From IMG/VR virus record IMGVR_UViG_2545824719_000022, positions 1-35,359 of that record: DNA of 35,359 nucleotides. The stretch is one strand, 5' to 3'. Under the pieces are notes generated by a model. It saw only the letters and a list, made by a program, of their open reading frames with translations, did no database searches and was not told the origin of the DNA. This document shows positions 1-8,723 of the stretch, in pieces. The position numbers were made by a program, and so were the translations under genes. This DNA is from a virus. Its lineage: Duplodnaviria; Heunggongvirae; Uroviricota; Caudoviricetes. Each line of letters begins with the position of its first letter. The first letter of the stretch is position 1.

Positions 1-1362
1 ATGTTTAAACCGGAACTCCTTTCCCCGGCGGGAACGCTGAAAAATATGCGTTACGCTTTCGCTTATGGCGCAGATGCTGTTTATGCGGGCCAGCCGCGTT
101 ATTCCCTGCGTGTGCGCAACAACGAATTCAACCACGAAAATCTTCAGCTCGGCATCAATGAAGCCCACGCGCTGGGGAAAAAGTTTTATGTCGTGGTCAA
201 CATTGCACCGCACAACGCCAAGCTGAAAACCTTTATCCGTGACCTGAAACCGGTGGTGGAAATGGGGCCGGATGCGCTGATTATGTCCGATCCAGGGCTG
301 ATTATGCTGGTGCGTGAGCACTTCCCTGAAATGCCGATCCACCTTTCGGTGCAGGCTAACGCCGTGAACTGGGCGACGGTGAAATTCTGGCAGCAAATGG
401 GCCTGACCCGCGTGATCCTCTCTCGCGAGCTGTCGCTGGAAGAGATTGAAGAGATCCGCAATCAGGTGCCGGATATGGAGATCGAGATCTTCGTTCACGG
501 CGCGCTGTGCATGGCCTACTCCGGTCGCTGCCTGCTCTCTGGCTATATCAACAAGCGCGACCCGAACCAGGGCACCTGCACCAACGCCTGCCGCTGGGAG
601 TACAACGTCCAGGAAGGGAAAGAAGATGATGTTGGCAACATCGTACACAAGTACGAGCCGATTCCGGTGCAAAATGTTGAGCCGACGCTGGGTATCGGCG
701 CACCAACCGACAAAGTGTTTATGATCGAAGAGGCCCAGCGTCCGGGCGAGTATATGACCGCGTTTGAAGATGAGCACGGCACTTACATCATGAACTCGAA
801 AGATCTGCGCGCCATCGCCCATGTAGAACGCCTGACCAAAATGGGCGTGCATTCGCTGAAAATCGAAGGTCGTACCAAATCTTTCTACTATTGTGCACGC
901 ACCGCACAGGTTTACCGCAAAGCTATCGATGACGCCGCTGCGGGAAAACCGTTCGATACCAGCCTGCTGGAAACTCTGGAAGGTCTGGCGCATCGTGGCT
1001 ATACCGAAGGTTTCCTGCGTCGTCATACTCACGACGATTATCAGAACTACGAATACGGTTATTCAGTTTCTGACCGCCAGCAGTTTGTTGGTGAGTTTAC
1101 CGGTGAGCGCAAGGGGGACCTCGCGGCGGTAGCGGTGAAAAATAAATTCTCCGTTGGCGACAGCCTTGAGCTGATGACGCCGCAAGGCAACATTAATTTT
1201 ACCCTTGAGCACATGGAAAACGCCAAAGGCGAAGCTATGCCGATAGCACCAGGCGATGGTTATACTGTGTGGCTCCCGGTCCCGCAGGATCTTGAGCTCA
1301 ATTACGCGCTGCTGATGCGTAATTTCTCCGGGGAAACCACGCGTAATCCCCACGGTAAGTGA
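1..1362 (+). CDS. yegQ: Host gene: U32-family peptidase-like protein YegQ (tRNA hydroxylation protein TrhP)
   Basis: Full-length 453-aa ORF starting at ATG base 1 with TGA at 1360-1362; translation recognised as E. coli YegQ from memory. GC-rich host-like composition. Only non-phage protein gene in the window. Confidence 0.88.
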   Translation: MFKPELLSPAGTLKNMRYAFAYGADAVYAGQPRYSLRVRNNEFNHENLQLGINEAHALGKKFYVVVNIAPHNAKLKTFIRDLKPVVEMGPDALIMSDPGLIMLVREHFPEMPIHLSVQANAVNWATVKFWQQMGLTRVILSRELSLEEIEEIRNQVPDMEIEIFVHGALCMAYSGRCLLSGYINKRDPNQGTCTNACRWEYNVQEGKEDDVGNIVHKYEPIPVQNVEPTLGIGAPTDKVFMIEEAQRPGEYMTAFEDEHGTYIMNSKDLRAIAHVERLTKMGVHSLKIEGRTKSFYYCARTAQVYRKAIDDAAAGKPFDTSLLETLEGLAHRGYTEGFLRRHTHDDYQNYEYGYSVSDRQQFVGEFTGERKGDLAAVAVKNKFSVGDSLELMTPQGNINFTLEHMENAKGEAMPIAPGDGYTVWLPVPQDLELNYALLMRNFSGETTRNPHGK

Positions 1363-1396
1363 TTAATTTCGATTATTTTTCCCGGATGGAAAATTC

Positions 1397-1439
1397 TTAG
1401 AAACCGATCACATACAGCTGTATTTATTAAGGTTATCAT
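1397..1439 (+). promoter_or_regulatory. Putative cyaR promoter: CRP-like site TTAGA-N6-TCACA (1397-1412) and -10 TATCAT (~1434-1439)
   Basis: Half-site TCACA read directly at 1408-1412 with a weaker upstream half. Spacing places the site about 42 bp upstream of the inferred cyaR 5' end, consistent with the known CRP activation of CyaR. Confidence 0.4.
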
Positions 1440-1446
1440 CCGTTTC

Positions 1447-1533
1447 GCTGAAAAACATAACCCATAAAATGCTAGCTGTACCAGGAACCACCTCCTTAGC
1501 CTGTGTAATCTCCCTTACACGGGCTTATTTTTT
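1447..1533 (+). ncRNA. cyaR: CyaR (RyeE) Hfq-dependent sRNA
   Basis: Sequence GCTGAAAAACATAACCCATAAAATGCTAGCTGTACCAGGAACCACCTCCTTAGCC... matches my recollection of CyaR, including the CCUCCUU anti-SD-like stretch. Ends in hairpin GTGTAA..TTACAC + GGGC + T-run (1501-1533). In K-12, cyaR lies between yegQ and the cryptic P2 remnant gene ogrK. Confidence 0.75.
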
Positions 1534-1595
1534 ACGTACAACAAATTGAAATAAAAGGATTTATTTCTGGTCACGTCCATATATTGACCACATCG

Positions 1596-1621
1596 ACAAA
1601 AAAGCCCCTCGACTGAGGGGC
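1596..1621 (-). terminator. Rho-independent terminator downstream of ogr (also usable from the + strand)
   Basis: GCCCCTC-GACT-GAGGGGC hairpin (1604-1621) followed on the minus strand by TTTTTTGT (1596-1603); sits just 3' of the ogr stop. Confidence 0.6.
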
Positions 1622-1634
1622 TTCCTGTTTGTAA

Positions 1635-1853
1635 TTACATCCACATAATTTGCTGCCCTGACGGCAACGGGTGCGGCCTTACGGCGTGGACTTCTCCCGG
1701 CTTCACGATGTATCGCTGTACCGACTCATAAGTGATGAACGTGGCGCTGCAATTCACGTTCTGGCACTGGTGATAACGCTCTTTTGTCGTGTCAGTGATA
1801 TAGCGACTTGTACGCGCATGTGCGGCATGCTGGCATAAAGGACAATGAAACAT
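1635..1853 (-). CDS. ogr: Late-gene transcriptional activator Ogr (C4 zinc finger)
   Basis: 72-aa product from internal ATG at 1853: MFHCPLCQHAAHARTSRYITDTTKERYHQCQNVNC... with CPLC/CQNVNC zinc-finger cysteines; matches P2 Ogr as I recall it. The longer 93-aa ORF in the track is probably an over-extension. Confidence 0.9.
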   Translation of the reverse strand: MFHCPLCQHAAHARTSRYITDTTKERYHQCQNVNCSATFITYESVQRYIVKPGEVHAVRPHPLPSGQQIMWM

Positions 1854-1934
1854 CGCGAGCACCTCTTCCGGTTTTGTTGATGGTGCCATTTTAGTTAATT
1901 TAACCTTATAAAACAAACAGATAAAATAAAAACA

Positions 1935-3098
1935 TCACTCATCATCTTCTGTTTCGTACTCCACATCAGAAAGCCTGACCTCAAGCTCCAGGGACGTCGT
2001 GAAGCCGCTATTATTCAGAAAATGTGTCACCTTAGTGATTGTCCAGTCCTGCTCGTCTATGACGCGCTTAAAGCCTGATACTTTGACCGGCGTTTCCGTG
2101 TAAATATCTGCCCGACCAGTAGCCAGACTGATGGAGAACTCCGCAACGCCCCGTTGCAGCTTATCCCACTTCGCCTGAGCGGCGCGCATGGCCTGCGCTT
2201 TCGTGGCATATACCGTGGTCAGGGCAAAAACGTTGTCAGCCTCACCGGCCATGTATTCACCTTCACGCGCTTCCGGTACTTTAGGCGCTTTCTTCTGCCT
2301 GACCGGTTTCGCTTTCGGGTGCTCCAGTGCGCGCAGGTGTTTCTCTTTCTTTTTACGTTTCAGTTTTACCTTCTGCTTTTGAGGCTTCGGGTCTTTGGTG
2401 TGTAGCCATTTTGCCGTTACACCGGTGTAGGCTCCACGGTCAGCAATCGCAAAATGATGACGGTCGCCGTCGCTGCGGGTGATGGTAATCTGCGGGATTT
2501 TTTTACCGCTGGCCGTCCCCCCCTGCCCCGCCTTAAGAAACAACAGTTTTCCCATTTTTACCGACACCTCACCGCCGTTGCGTTCAGCAAGACGGATCAG
2601 GAATTTCGCATCAGACTCCTGCGACTGGTCGATGTGCGGGATTTTAATTCCGGCCAGTGACGGAGCGACACTGGCTTCCAGCTTGTTACGGGAGGCTATC
2701 GCCTCAACAATCGCACCGAGTGTGGTGTCATGCCAGGAGCCTTCCCGGCGGGAATTAAGCGTCCCGCGGAAATCTGCACTCCGGGCGCGGATGGTAACCA
2801 CATCCGGCGCGCCCCGGTGTTCAACCTCATCAACGGTAAATTTCCCTTTGCATACCAGGGCAAAACCTTTCCAGCCGATATACACCGTCAGGACAGCGCC
2901 ACGAATCGGCAGCCCGACCTGCCCGTCGGCATCGTTCAGTTCAATATCAAGCTGGTCAGCCTCAAAGCCCCGGTTATCCGTCAGGGTCATGCTCATCAGA
3001 CGGTCGCTGATATTGCCGGTAATATCCCTGCTGTCGAGCATCAGCATGTAATCCGGCGTCAGCGTACTGCCTGCATCAAATGTCAGTGCATCCAGCAT
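1935..3098 (-). CDS. D: Tail protein gpD
   Basis: 387-aa ORF with ATG start; sequence and position (between ogr and U) match P2 gpD. Confidence 0.88.
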   Translation of the reverse strand: MLDALTFDAGSTLTPDYMLMLDSRDITGNISDRLMSMTLTDNRGFEADQLDIELNDADGQVGLPIRGAVLTVYIGWKGFALVCKGKFTVDEVEHRGAPDVVTIRARSADFRGTLNSRREGSWHDTTLGAIVEAIASRNKLEASVAPSLAGIKIPHIDQSQESDAKFLIRLAERNGGEVSVKMGKLLFLKAGQGGTASGKKIPQITITRSDGDRHHFAIADRGAYTGVTAKWLHTKDPKPQKQKVKLKRKKKEKHLRALEHPKAKPVRQKKAPKVPEAREGEYMAGEADNVFALTTVYATKAQAMRAAQAKWDKLQRGVAEFSISLATGRADIYTETPVKVSGFKRVIDEQDWTITKVTHFLNNSGFTTSLELEVRLSDVEYETEDDE

Positions 3099-3577
3099 TA
3101 TCCCGCCCCCGTCATACCCGTGAATTTAGTCGCCATACTGCCAGCCTTACCGATGAGCGATTCCGCCTGTTTACCGATATCGCCATAAAGCGCGGCCAGT
3201 GATTCATCAACGCGGGTGAGCGACAGCGTAAAATCAATTTTCCGGGGTGTGCCGTCTGCAAAGAAAATACTCCCTGTTTCACTCACCTTGCTGATGACAT
3301 ACATGCCGTAAATCATGCCGGTGCCATCCAGCAACGGCCACGCCCGCCCCTCCTCTGCCATCAGCCTGAGCGTGGTCATCGTCAGCTTGCCGCCGGTCAG
3401 TTCGGGATAAAGCACACCGGCAAGCGTGATGTTTTCCTCACCCACACCGAGAAACTGAAAAGCGTCCCGTTTACCGATACGGGAATTTGACGGCCAGCGA
3501 TAATCTGATTCACGCTGCATGGTCTGGTGTGGCAGCGTCTGGCGCATAAAAACAAACATACCTAACGCGAGCATCAT
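3098..3577 (-). CDS. U: Tail protein gpU
   Basis: 159-aa ORF with ATG start; stop overlaps the D start (TAATG); P2 gpU-like, in synteny. Confidence 0.88.
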   Translation of the reverse strand: MMLALGMFVFMRQTLPHQTMQRESDYRWPSNSRIGKRDAFQFLGVGEENITLAGVLYPELTGGKLTMTTLRLMAEEGRAWPLLDGTGMIYGMYVISKVSETGSIFFADGTPRKIDFTLSLTRVDESLAALYGDIGKQAESLIGKAGSMATKFTGMTGAG

Positions 3578-3591
3578 TTTTCGTCACCTCC

Positions 3592-6039
3592 TTAACCGTC
3601 ATGCATCATGCTGGCACGGGCGCGCGCACGTTTATCCCGCTCGTATTTTTCGAGTGCATCCTGTAACTGGCGGTCGAGCTGTATCCCCGGCGTAGTACCG
3701 CCCGTCAGGTTGATGTGATATTCGTTTTTACTCTGGTCCACATAAGAGCGGCCAGCCGGTGCCGTGACCGGCTGATAAGCCTGATAACCTGCATAAGAGC
3801 TGGCCGCCGGAATATAACCACCGGTGCCATACGTGGCGGCATGAGTTCTGGCGGCGGTCTGGTCAAGCGTGCCTGACTCTTTGTTGATGACGCCGAGTTT
3901 TTCCAGTACCCAGTCAATACCGCCGCGCAGTTTGTTGAACGCATTAAGCGGCAGCATCAGCGCGTCAGCCAGTGCCTGCCCGAACATGACGCCCGTGTCA
4001 CGGCAACGGTTCAGGGTGTCCTGGGTGGCTTTGACCGGGGCAATCAGGTTTTTAAACCACTGCCACGCGGCCTGTAACTTTTCGCCCAGCCAGTCAAACA
4101 CCGGTTTAAGTGGCGTGAACAGTTCCCCCACCGGCGCAAATGCCGCTTTCAGCCCTTCCACCACACCGCCAAAGAATGCGCTGACAGGCTCCCAGTATTT
4201 ACGGATAAGCAACGCCCCGGCGACAATGGCGGCCACCACGGCCACAACCGGCCAGCTAATCGCCCCGATGGCCGTCATAACAGCACTGCCAACCGTCGTG
4301 AAGATTGCCCCCATTGCGCCTGCTGCCGCGATGATGGCATTGATGCCGGTGATAACCGGCCAGGCTACGAGGCCAATGGCACCGATGACACCAATCAGTG
4401 CCAGTGCACCACCGACAATGATGCCGATGGTTGACGCCAGTGATTTGTTTTTCTGGATCCAGCCGTCGAGTTTTAACACATACTTTGTGGCCGTCTGCGT
4501 GAGCTTACGCAGTGCGCCTTCCTGCTGGTCAAACAGGTCTGTCCCCACCGCCTCATAAGCGGACTGAAACTCCTTAAAGTCACCGCCGAGGTTGTCCTGC
4601 ATGATTTTAACCAGCTCTGCGGTCTTTCCGTCTGAGGCTTTAAACGCAGCGGTCAGTTTGTCCAGCTTTCCGGTTGAGGCGGCAGTCATCAGCACGGCGG
4701 CGGCTGAGCTGGCCTCCTCCCCGAAAATGGTTTTCATATATTCAGCCTGCTGGGCAGTACCGAGCCGGTTTTTCTCAAAACTGGCCTGCATTTCTTTCAG
4801 AATGGTAAATACTGGTCGGGTGTTTCCCTTACTGTCTGAGGTTTTCACTCCAAGCTCTTTGAGTGCATCCCATGCTTTTCCCGTCGGTGCCTGCAGGCGG
4901 CTTAACACGGCACGGCTTCCCGTCCCCGCCATTGAACCGGTAATTTTTGCATCATGCAGCGCCCCGACCATTGCGGCGGTTTCTTCAATGCTGACACCGG
5001 CATTTTTTGCCACAGGTGCGGCATAGGTCAGCGCATCGCTCATGCCGTCAAAATCGGCGGCGGTTTTGTTCATCGTCATGGAGAGAACATCCCCGATATG
5101 AGCGACCTTATCGTTTGAAAGCTGAAAGGCGGATTTCATCCCCATCAGCAGGGCGGCGTTTTCTTCCATCGTGCGGCGGTTCGCCAGCGCCATGTTCAGC
5201 GTGACCGGCGTTGCCGCCTGAATGGCATCAACATCCCCACCGGCTTTCGCAATAATAATCTGCGCACCGGCTGCATCATCTGCCGAGGCGGCGGTATTGT
5301 CGCCGAGCTGGCGCGCCTGTTTGCGTAATGCGGCCATTTCGGCGGAGTCTTTTGCCACACCGAGCACGGCCTGCAATTCTGAGTTTTTCTGCGCAAACTC
5401 ATAACCGGGCATCAGCAGCTTAACACCGACCATCGTTCCCGCAGCAGCAATCCCCACACCGGCAGCGCCCACTGAGGCCATATTTCCGGCCAGTTCTTTT
5501 CCGGCCTGATAACGCTGTTTGACTGCGTTAAGTTTTGCCTGTTGTGCACTGACACGCGCCAGTGCGTCGCGCTGACGGTTAAGCTGTGCGGTGGTTTCAC
5601 TGATACGGTTTTTCAGCCCCTGCTCATCATGTGCAAGATTGCGGGTATTAATTCCCACAGCGGCCAGTTCCCGCTGCTGGCGTTTAACGGAATCCGTCAG
5701 GCGGTTATATTTCGCCTGTAAGTCCTCCGCCGCTCGCTTTGCTGATTCCAGCACTTTCGCCTGAGCACGTGTCGGACGTTCGGTGTTTTTAAACTGTGTG
5801 GCAAGGGCTTCGGCCTCCTGCCGTGCCTTTTCAAGTGCATGACCAGTCACGGCGAGCTGTGCGCTGGTCTTGCGGAATCCCTCAATACGGGATGCGTGAC
5901 CGTTCAGCTCGCGCAGTGATTTTTGTGTTTCCCGGATATCCCCCGACAGCGACTTACTCGCTGTGCGGATGGATTTAAACGGGCGGGACGCCTGGTCAAC
6001 AGCCCTGAGCAATACCTGTAATTTTACATTGTTACTCAT
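3592..6039 (-). CDS. T: Tail tape measure protein gpT
   Basis: 815-aa ORF with ATG start; coiled-coil-rich N-terminus, hydrophobic central segment, Gly/Ala-rich stretches typical of tape measure proteins; position between E/E' and U. Confidence 0.9.
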   Translation of the reverse strand: MSNNVKLQVLLRAVDQASRPFKSIRTASKSLSGDIRETQKSLRELNGHASRIEGFRKTSAQLAVTGHALEKARQEAEALATQFKNTERPTRAQAKVLESAKRAAEDLQAKYNRLTDSVKRQQRELAAVGINTRNLAHDEQGLKNRISETTAQLNRQRDALARVSAQQAKLNAVKQRYQAGKELAGNMASVGAAGVGIAAAGTMVGVKLLMPGYEFAQKNSELQAVLGVAKDSAEMAALRKQARQLGDNTAASADDAAGAQIIIAKAGGDVDAIQAATPVTLNMALANRRTMEENAALLMGMKSAFQLSNDKVAHIGDVLSMTMNKTAADFDGMSDALTYAAPVAKNAGVSIEETAAMVGALHDAKITGSMAGTGSRAVLSRLQAPTGKAWDALKELGVKTSDSKGNTRPVFTILKEMQASFEKNRLGTAQQAEYMKTIFGEEASSAAAVLMTAASTGKLDKLTAAFKASDGKTAELVKIMQDNLGGDFKEFQSAYEAVGTDLFDQQEGALRKLTQTATKYVLKLDGWIQKNKSLASTIGIIVGGALALIGVIGAIGLVAWPVITGINAIIAAAGAMGAIFTTVGSAVMTAIGAISWPVVAVVAAIVAGALLIRKYWEPVSAFFGGVVEGLKAAFAPVGELFTPLKPVFDWLGEKLQAAWQWFKNLIAPVKATQDTLNRCRDTGVMFGQALADALMLPLNAFNKLRGGIDWVLEKLGVINKESGTLDQTAARTHAATYGTGGYIPAASSYAGYQAYQPVTAPAGRSYVDQSKNEYHINLTGGTTPGIQLDRQLQDALEKYERDKRARARASMMHDG

Positions 6040-6459
6040 TCGTGTTTCCGCTTCGCCGGAGCGCCTTTTCGCGCCATGTGATGAGTTCGGTCAGGCTCAT
6101 GGGATACAGTTCTGATGGCGGCCAGTGAAATATCACTGCCACATCCGCCATCAGGTCATCGACCGAGAGATTTTTCGGAAACGTCACTGCACCGAGTTCG
6201 GCGACAAAAAACCGACCACCTTACCGGCCAGCGCCACAAGGTCAGGCAGTTCCAGTGCGGCGACTTCCTGCTCGGTCAGCATCGGTGCAGTCATGCGCGG
6301 CAGCACCTTAATCAGTGCATCGACTTCGGAGTTTGCGACCGCTGCCAGACTGACACCGCGCAGCGTCCCGGCACTGGGTTTCATCAGCGTGACCTGTTCG
6401 ATAACCTGCTCACCACGTTTGACCGGATTTTCCAGGGTAATGACATTTTCTTTGTCCAT
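6032..6459 (-). CDS. E+E': Tail assembly chaperone fusion gpE+E' (142 aa) made by programmed -1 ribosomal frameshift
   Basis: I translated the -1 frame by hand from the slippery heptamer T-TTT-TTG (minus strand, 6205-6211): ...GFF/VAELGAVTFPKNLSVDDLMADVAVIFHWPPSELYPMSLTELITWREKALRRSGNTNE, with TAA at 6032-6034 overlapping the T start. Total 142 aa, the size I recall for P2 E+E'. Confidence 0.75.
6184..6459 (-). CDS. E: Tail protein gpE (in-frame product, 91 aa)
   Basis: 91-aa ORF with ATG start ending ...GFLSPNSVQ; the slippery site lies 7 codons before the stop. Confidence 0.85.
   Translation of the reverse strand: MDKENVITLENPVKRGEQVIEQVTLMKPSAGTLRGVSLAAVANSEVDALIKVLPRMTAPMLTEQEVAALELPDLVALAGKVVGFLSPNSVQ
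6205..6211 (-). other. Slippery heptamer TTTTTTG for the E/E' -1 frameshift
   Basis: CAAAAAA on the + strand at 6205-6211, i.e. TTTTTTG in the E reading direction, positioned so that a -1 slip opens the 57-codon E' extension. Confidence 0.7.
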
Positions 6460-6515
6460 GGTTTTCTCACTTCTGAATCGGGGTTAACCGGTCAGCCTGG
6501 CTGACCGGATGAAAA

Positions 6516-7034
6516 TCACAGGCCGATATTGCGGCGGTGTTGCTCCAGCCGGTCGACGCCGTTCACCTTCTCAATCATGTTGATGGTGTCGATTTCGACC
6601 AGCTCCTTACCGTCCATCGTCAGCCGGAAATAGGTGCAGACCACGGAGATTTTCGACTCGGTGTCTTCTCCCTGTTTCCCCTCGCCGGTGTCGATTTCTT
6701 TCTGACGTCCACGCATGACCACCTCGACGGCCACCGTTTCGCCGGTATCGTCACGCTGGTAAGAGCCTGCAAAACGAATCGGGACGGCATCCACGCCGGT
6801 TGCGGCGTAAAGCTCCCAGATAACCGAATCCGGGAAGCCACCGAGCGACCACTCCATTGACAGCGCATCGTCATCAAGGCCGAGGTCTACCGGTGCGCTG
6901 CCGTTCATCCCCGCACCGCGATAGTTTTCAAGCTTACGGGTCAGTTTTGGCAGCGTGACGGACTTTGCAACGCCCTGATAGCTGTAGCCGTTCAGAAAGA
7001 CGTTCATTAACTTGAGTTTGCGCGGCATTGCCAT
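6516..7034 (-). CDS. FII: Tail tube protein gpFII
   Basis: 172-aa ORF with ATG start; P2 FII-like sequence; immediately downstream of FI. Confidence 0.9.
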   Translation of the reverse strand: MAMPRKLKLMNVFLNGYSYQGVAKSVTLPKLTRKLENYRGAGMNGSAPVDLGLDDDALSMEWSLGGFPDSVIWELYAATGVDAVPIRFAGSYQRDDTGETVAVEVVMRGRQKEIDTGEGKQGEDTESKISVVCTYFRLTMDGKELVEIDTINMIEKVNGVDRLEQHRRNIGL

Positions 7035-7046
7035 CGGTCAGGCTCC

Positions 7047-8237
7047 TTAATTGCTGTTAACCGAAGTGACCAGATTTGCCAGGTATTTATCGGTAATACG
7101 CTGGCGCAGGGTCAGGTTTTCAAGAGGAGGCACCGGTGTATAGTCGTAGTCGATATACAGTTTTCCGGCCTTGAGGGTTTCCGCATCGTTGGATTCTTCG
7201 CTGAACCAGCAGGTCGCATCCACGATATAGCCGTTTGTTTTCAGCTCACGGAATTTGGCATTGATGCCGTCAACGATGTCGCGAATCAGCGTTGCGGTGA
7301 TGGGCTTGTCCACCGCCCACATGTGCGCCTCAGCCATCGTGTCGGCCAGCACCTGCGCGGTGCGGGTATAGTTTTCAAAGAGGAACAGCGGGTCATCAGA
7401 GCAGGTACGGTTACCCCAGAAGCGGAAACCGTCGCGGCGAATCAGCGTAGTGACGCCTGACTCGTTAAGCAGGTCAGCATCGGTGCCGAACTCCTGCAAA
7501 TCCCAGAATACAGATGCGCTGATGCCGGTAACACCATTTACCCCGACGTTGGACAACGTTTTATGCCAGCCCTGCTCCTGGTCGATTTTAGCACGCAGCC
7601 CCAGCGCACGGGCGGTGGCATACGCGGTGGCGGTGGTGCTGCTGACCGTATCCCATGCGAGGAAATCCGGCCAGATGACCATCAGCTCACGCTGGCTGAA
7701 ATTCTGGCGGTAGGCTTTCACCTCGGAAATGGTTTTACAGCCCCATGCGCTGATATACCCGAAAGCGCGCAGCTTCTGACAGACTGATGCCAGTGCAACA
7801 GCCACCTCTTTGGTGTCCAGTCCCGGCACGCCGAGAATACGCGGTTTAACACCGGTTACTGACTCCGCCGCCAGCAGGGCTTTCAGTCCGGTGTACTGAC
7901 CGTTTTCGTCGGTGGTGCCGATGATATTGGAAACGGTCTGCGCAAGTTTCGTTTCTTCGTCGTCGCCGGTGCCGTCTTCCACGCGCACGACAACGGTGAC
8001 CGGTTTTGACTGGTCAGCGATGGCCTGCAACGATGCCGCCAGCGTGCCTTTTTTACCGGCCTTTGCAATTGCGCTCTGCACATTGGTAATCAGCACAGGT
8101 TTATTGAGGGGGAAGGTTTCCGCATCCGCATCGCTGGCCGTGCAGACCATGCCGACAATGGCAGTGGATACAGTGGAAATGACGCGGGTGCCGTCGTTAA
8201 TCTCCAGCACCTGCACGCCGTGATGATAGTCACTCAT
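7047..8237 (-). CDS. FI: Contractile tail sheath protein gpFI
   Basis: 396-aa ORF with ATG start; P2 FI-like; first gene of the FI-FII-E-T-U-D block. Confidence 0.9.
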   Translation of the reverse strand: MSDYHHGVQVLEINDGTRVISTVSTAIVGMVCTASDADAETFPLNKPVLITNVQSAIAKAGKKGTLAASLQAIADQSKPVTVVVRVEDGTGDDEETKLAQTVSNIIGTTDENGQYTGLKALLAAESVTGVKPRILGVPGLDTKEVAVALASVCQKLRAFGYISAWGCKTISEVKAYRQNFSQRELMVIWPDFLAWDTVSSTTATAYATARALGLRAKIDQEQGWHKTLSNVGVNGVTGISASVFWDLQEFGTDADLLNESGVTTLIRRDGFRFWGNRTCSDDPLFLFENYTRTAQVLADTMAEAHMWAVDKPITATLIRDIVDGINAKFRELKTNGYIVDATCWFSEESNDAETLKAGKLYIDYDYTPVPPLENLTLRQRITDKYLANLVTSVNSN

Positions 8238-8723
8238 CCGTTTAACTCCGTGGTTAATGGGTGCAACTATTTTCTGTTGGGCAGTGCATGAGACGCTATT
8301 TGACCTGGCTGGTCAGTGGATGAAACAACAGATAAAGAAAATGCGGGCAATTCCCCCCGCCAGTCCTGATTTGCACTCACTCATTCTCCAACTGGCTACT
8401 TACATAGCCCAAACGCTATCAAATCTGACAGTCTGCTTTGAGCGATCTGCGGACATTACTAACAGCATTCTGTATGAATAACGGGGGGTAGATCATTCCT
8501 GTCCTCACGACGACGCCTATCTATCATACAGTCGTTCTTTGGATCAAGACGCGTTCTGAAATGGTGTTTTTATGTATGTGCTGAATTCTGGGGCATAGAG
8601 TAAACCTTTCAAATTGCCAGAAACAGAAATGTGCGATTTAGTTGTCAAGTAATACCGGATAATTCAGCGATTCATCAAGAAATCATCGACCAGGCTGCTG
8701 TACATTCTCATCGGACGATTTTA

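Noticed and set aside
1363-1634. tRNA gene as the integration target
   Set aside because: No cloverleaf-compatible sequence seen. The region instead matches the sRNA cyaR, whose 3' side is the known P2-type attachment locus next to yegQ.
3869-5404. Several plus-strand ORFs (up to 229 aa) inside the tape measure gene T
   Set aside because: Antisense to a well-supported 815-aa gene, with low-complexity Ala/Ser/Pro-rich translations typical of GC-rich antisense frames; no start or SD context.
8238-8520. Ogr-dependent late promoter dyad (TGT-N12-ACA) upstream of FI, and likewise in 23593-23765
   Set aside because: I scanned for the dyad by eye and found no exact match, so I left the promoters unassigned; they may be degenerate or my recollection of the consensus may be incomplete.
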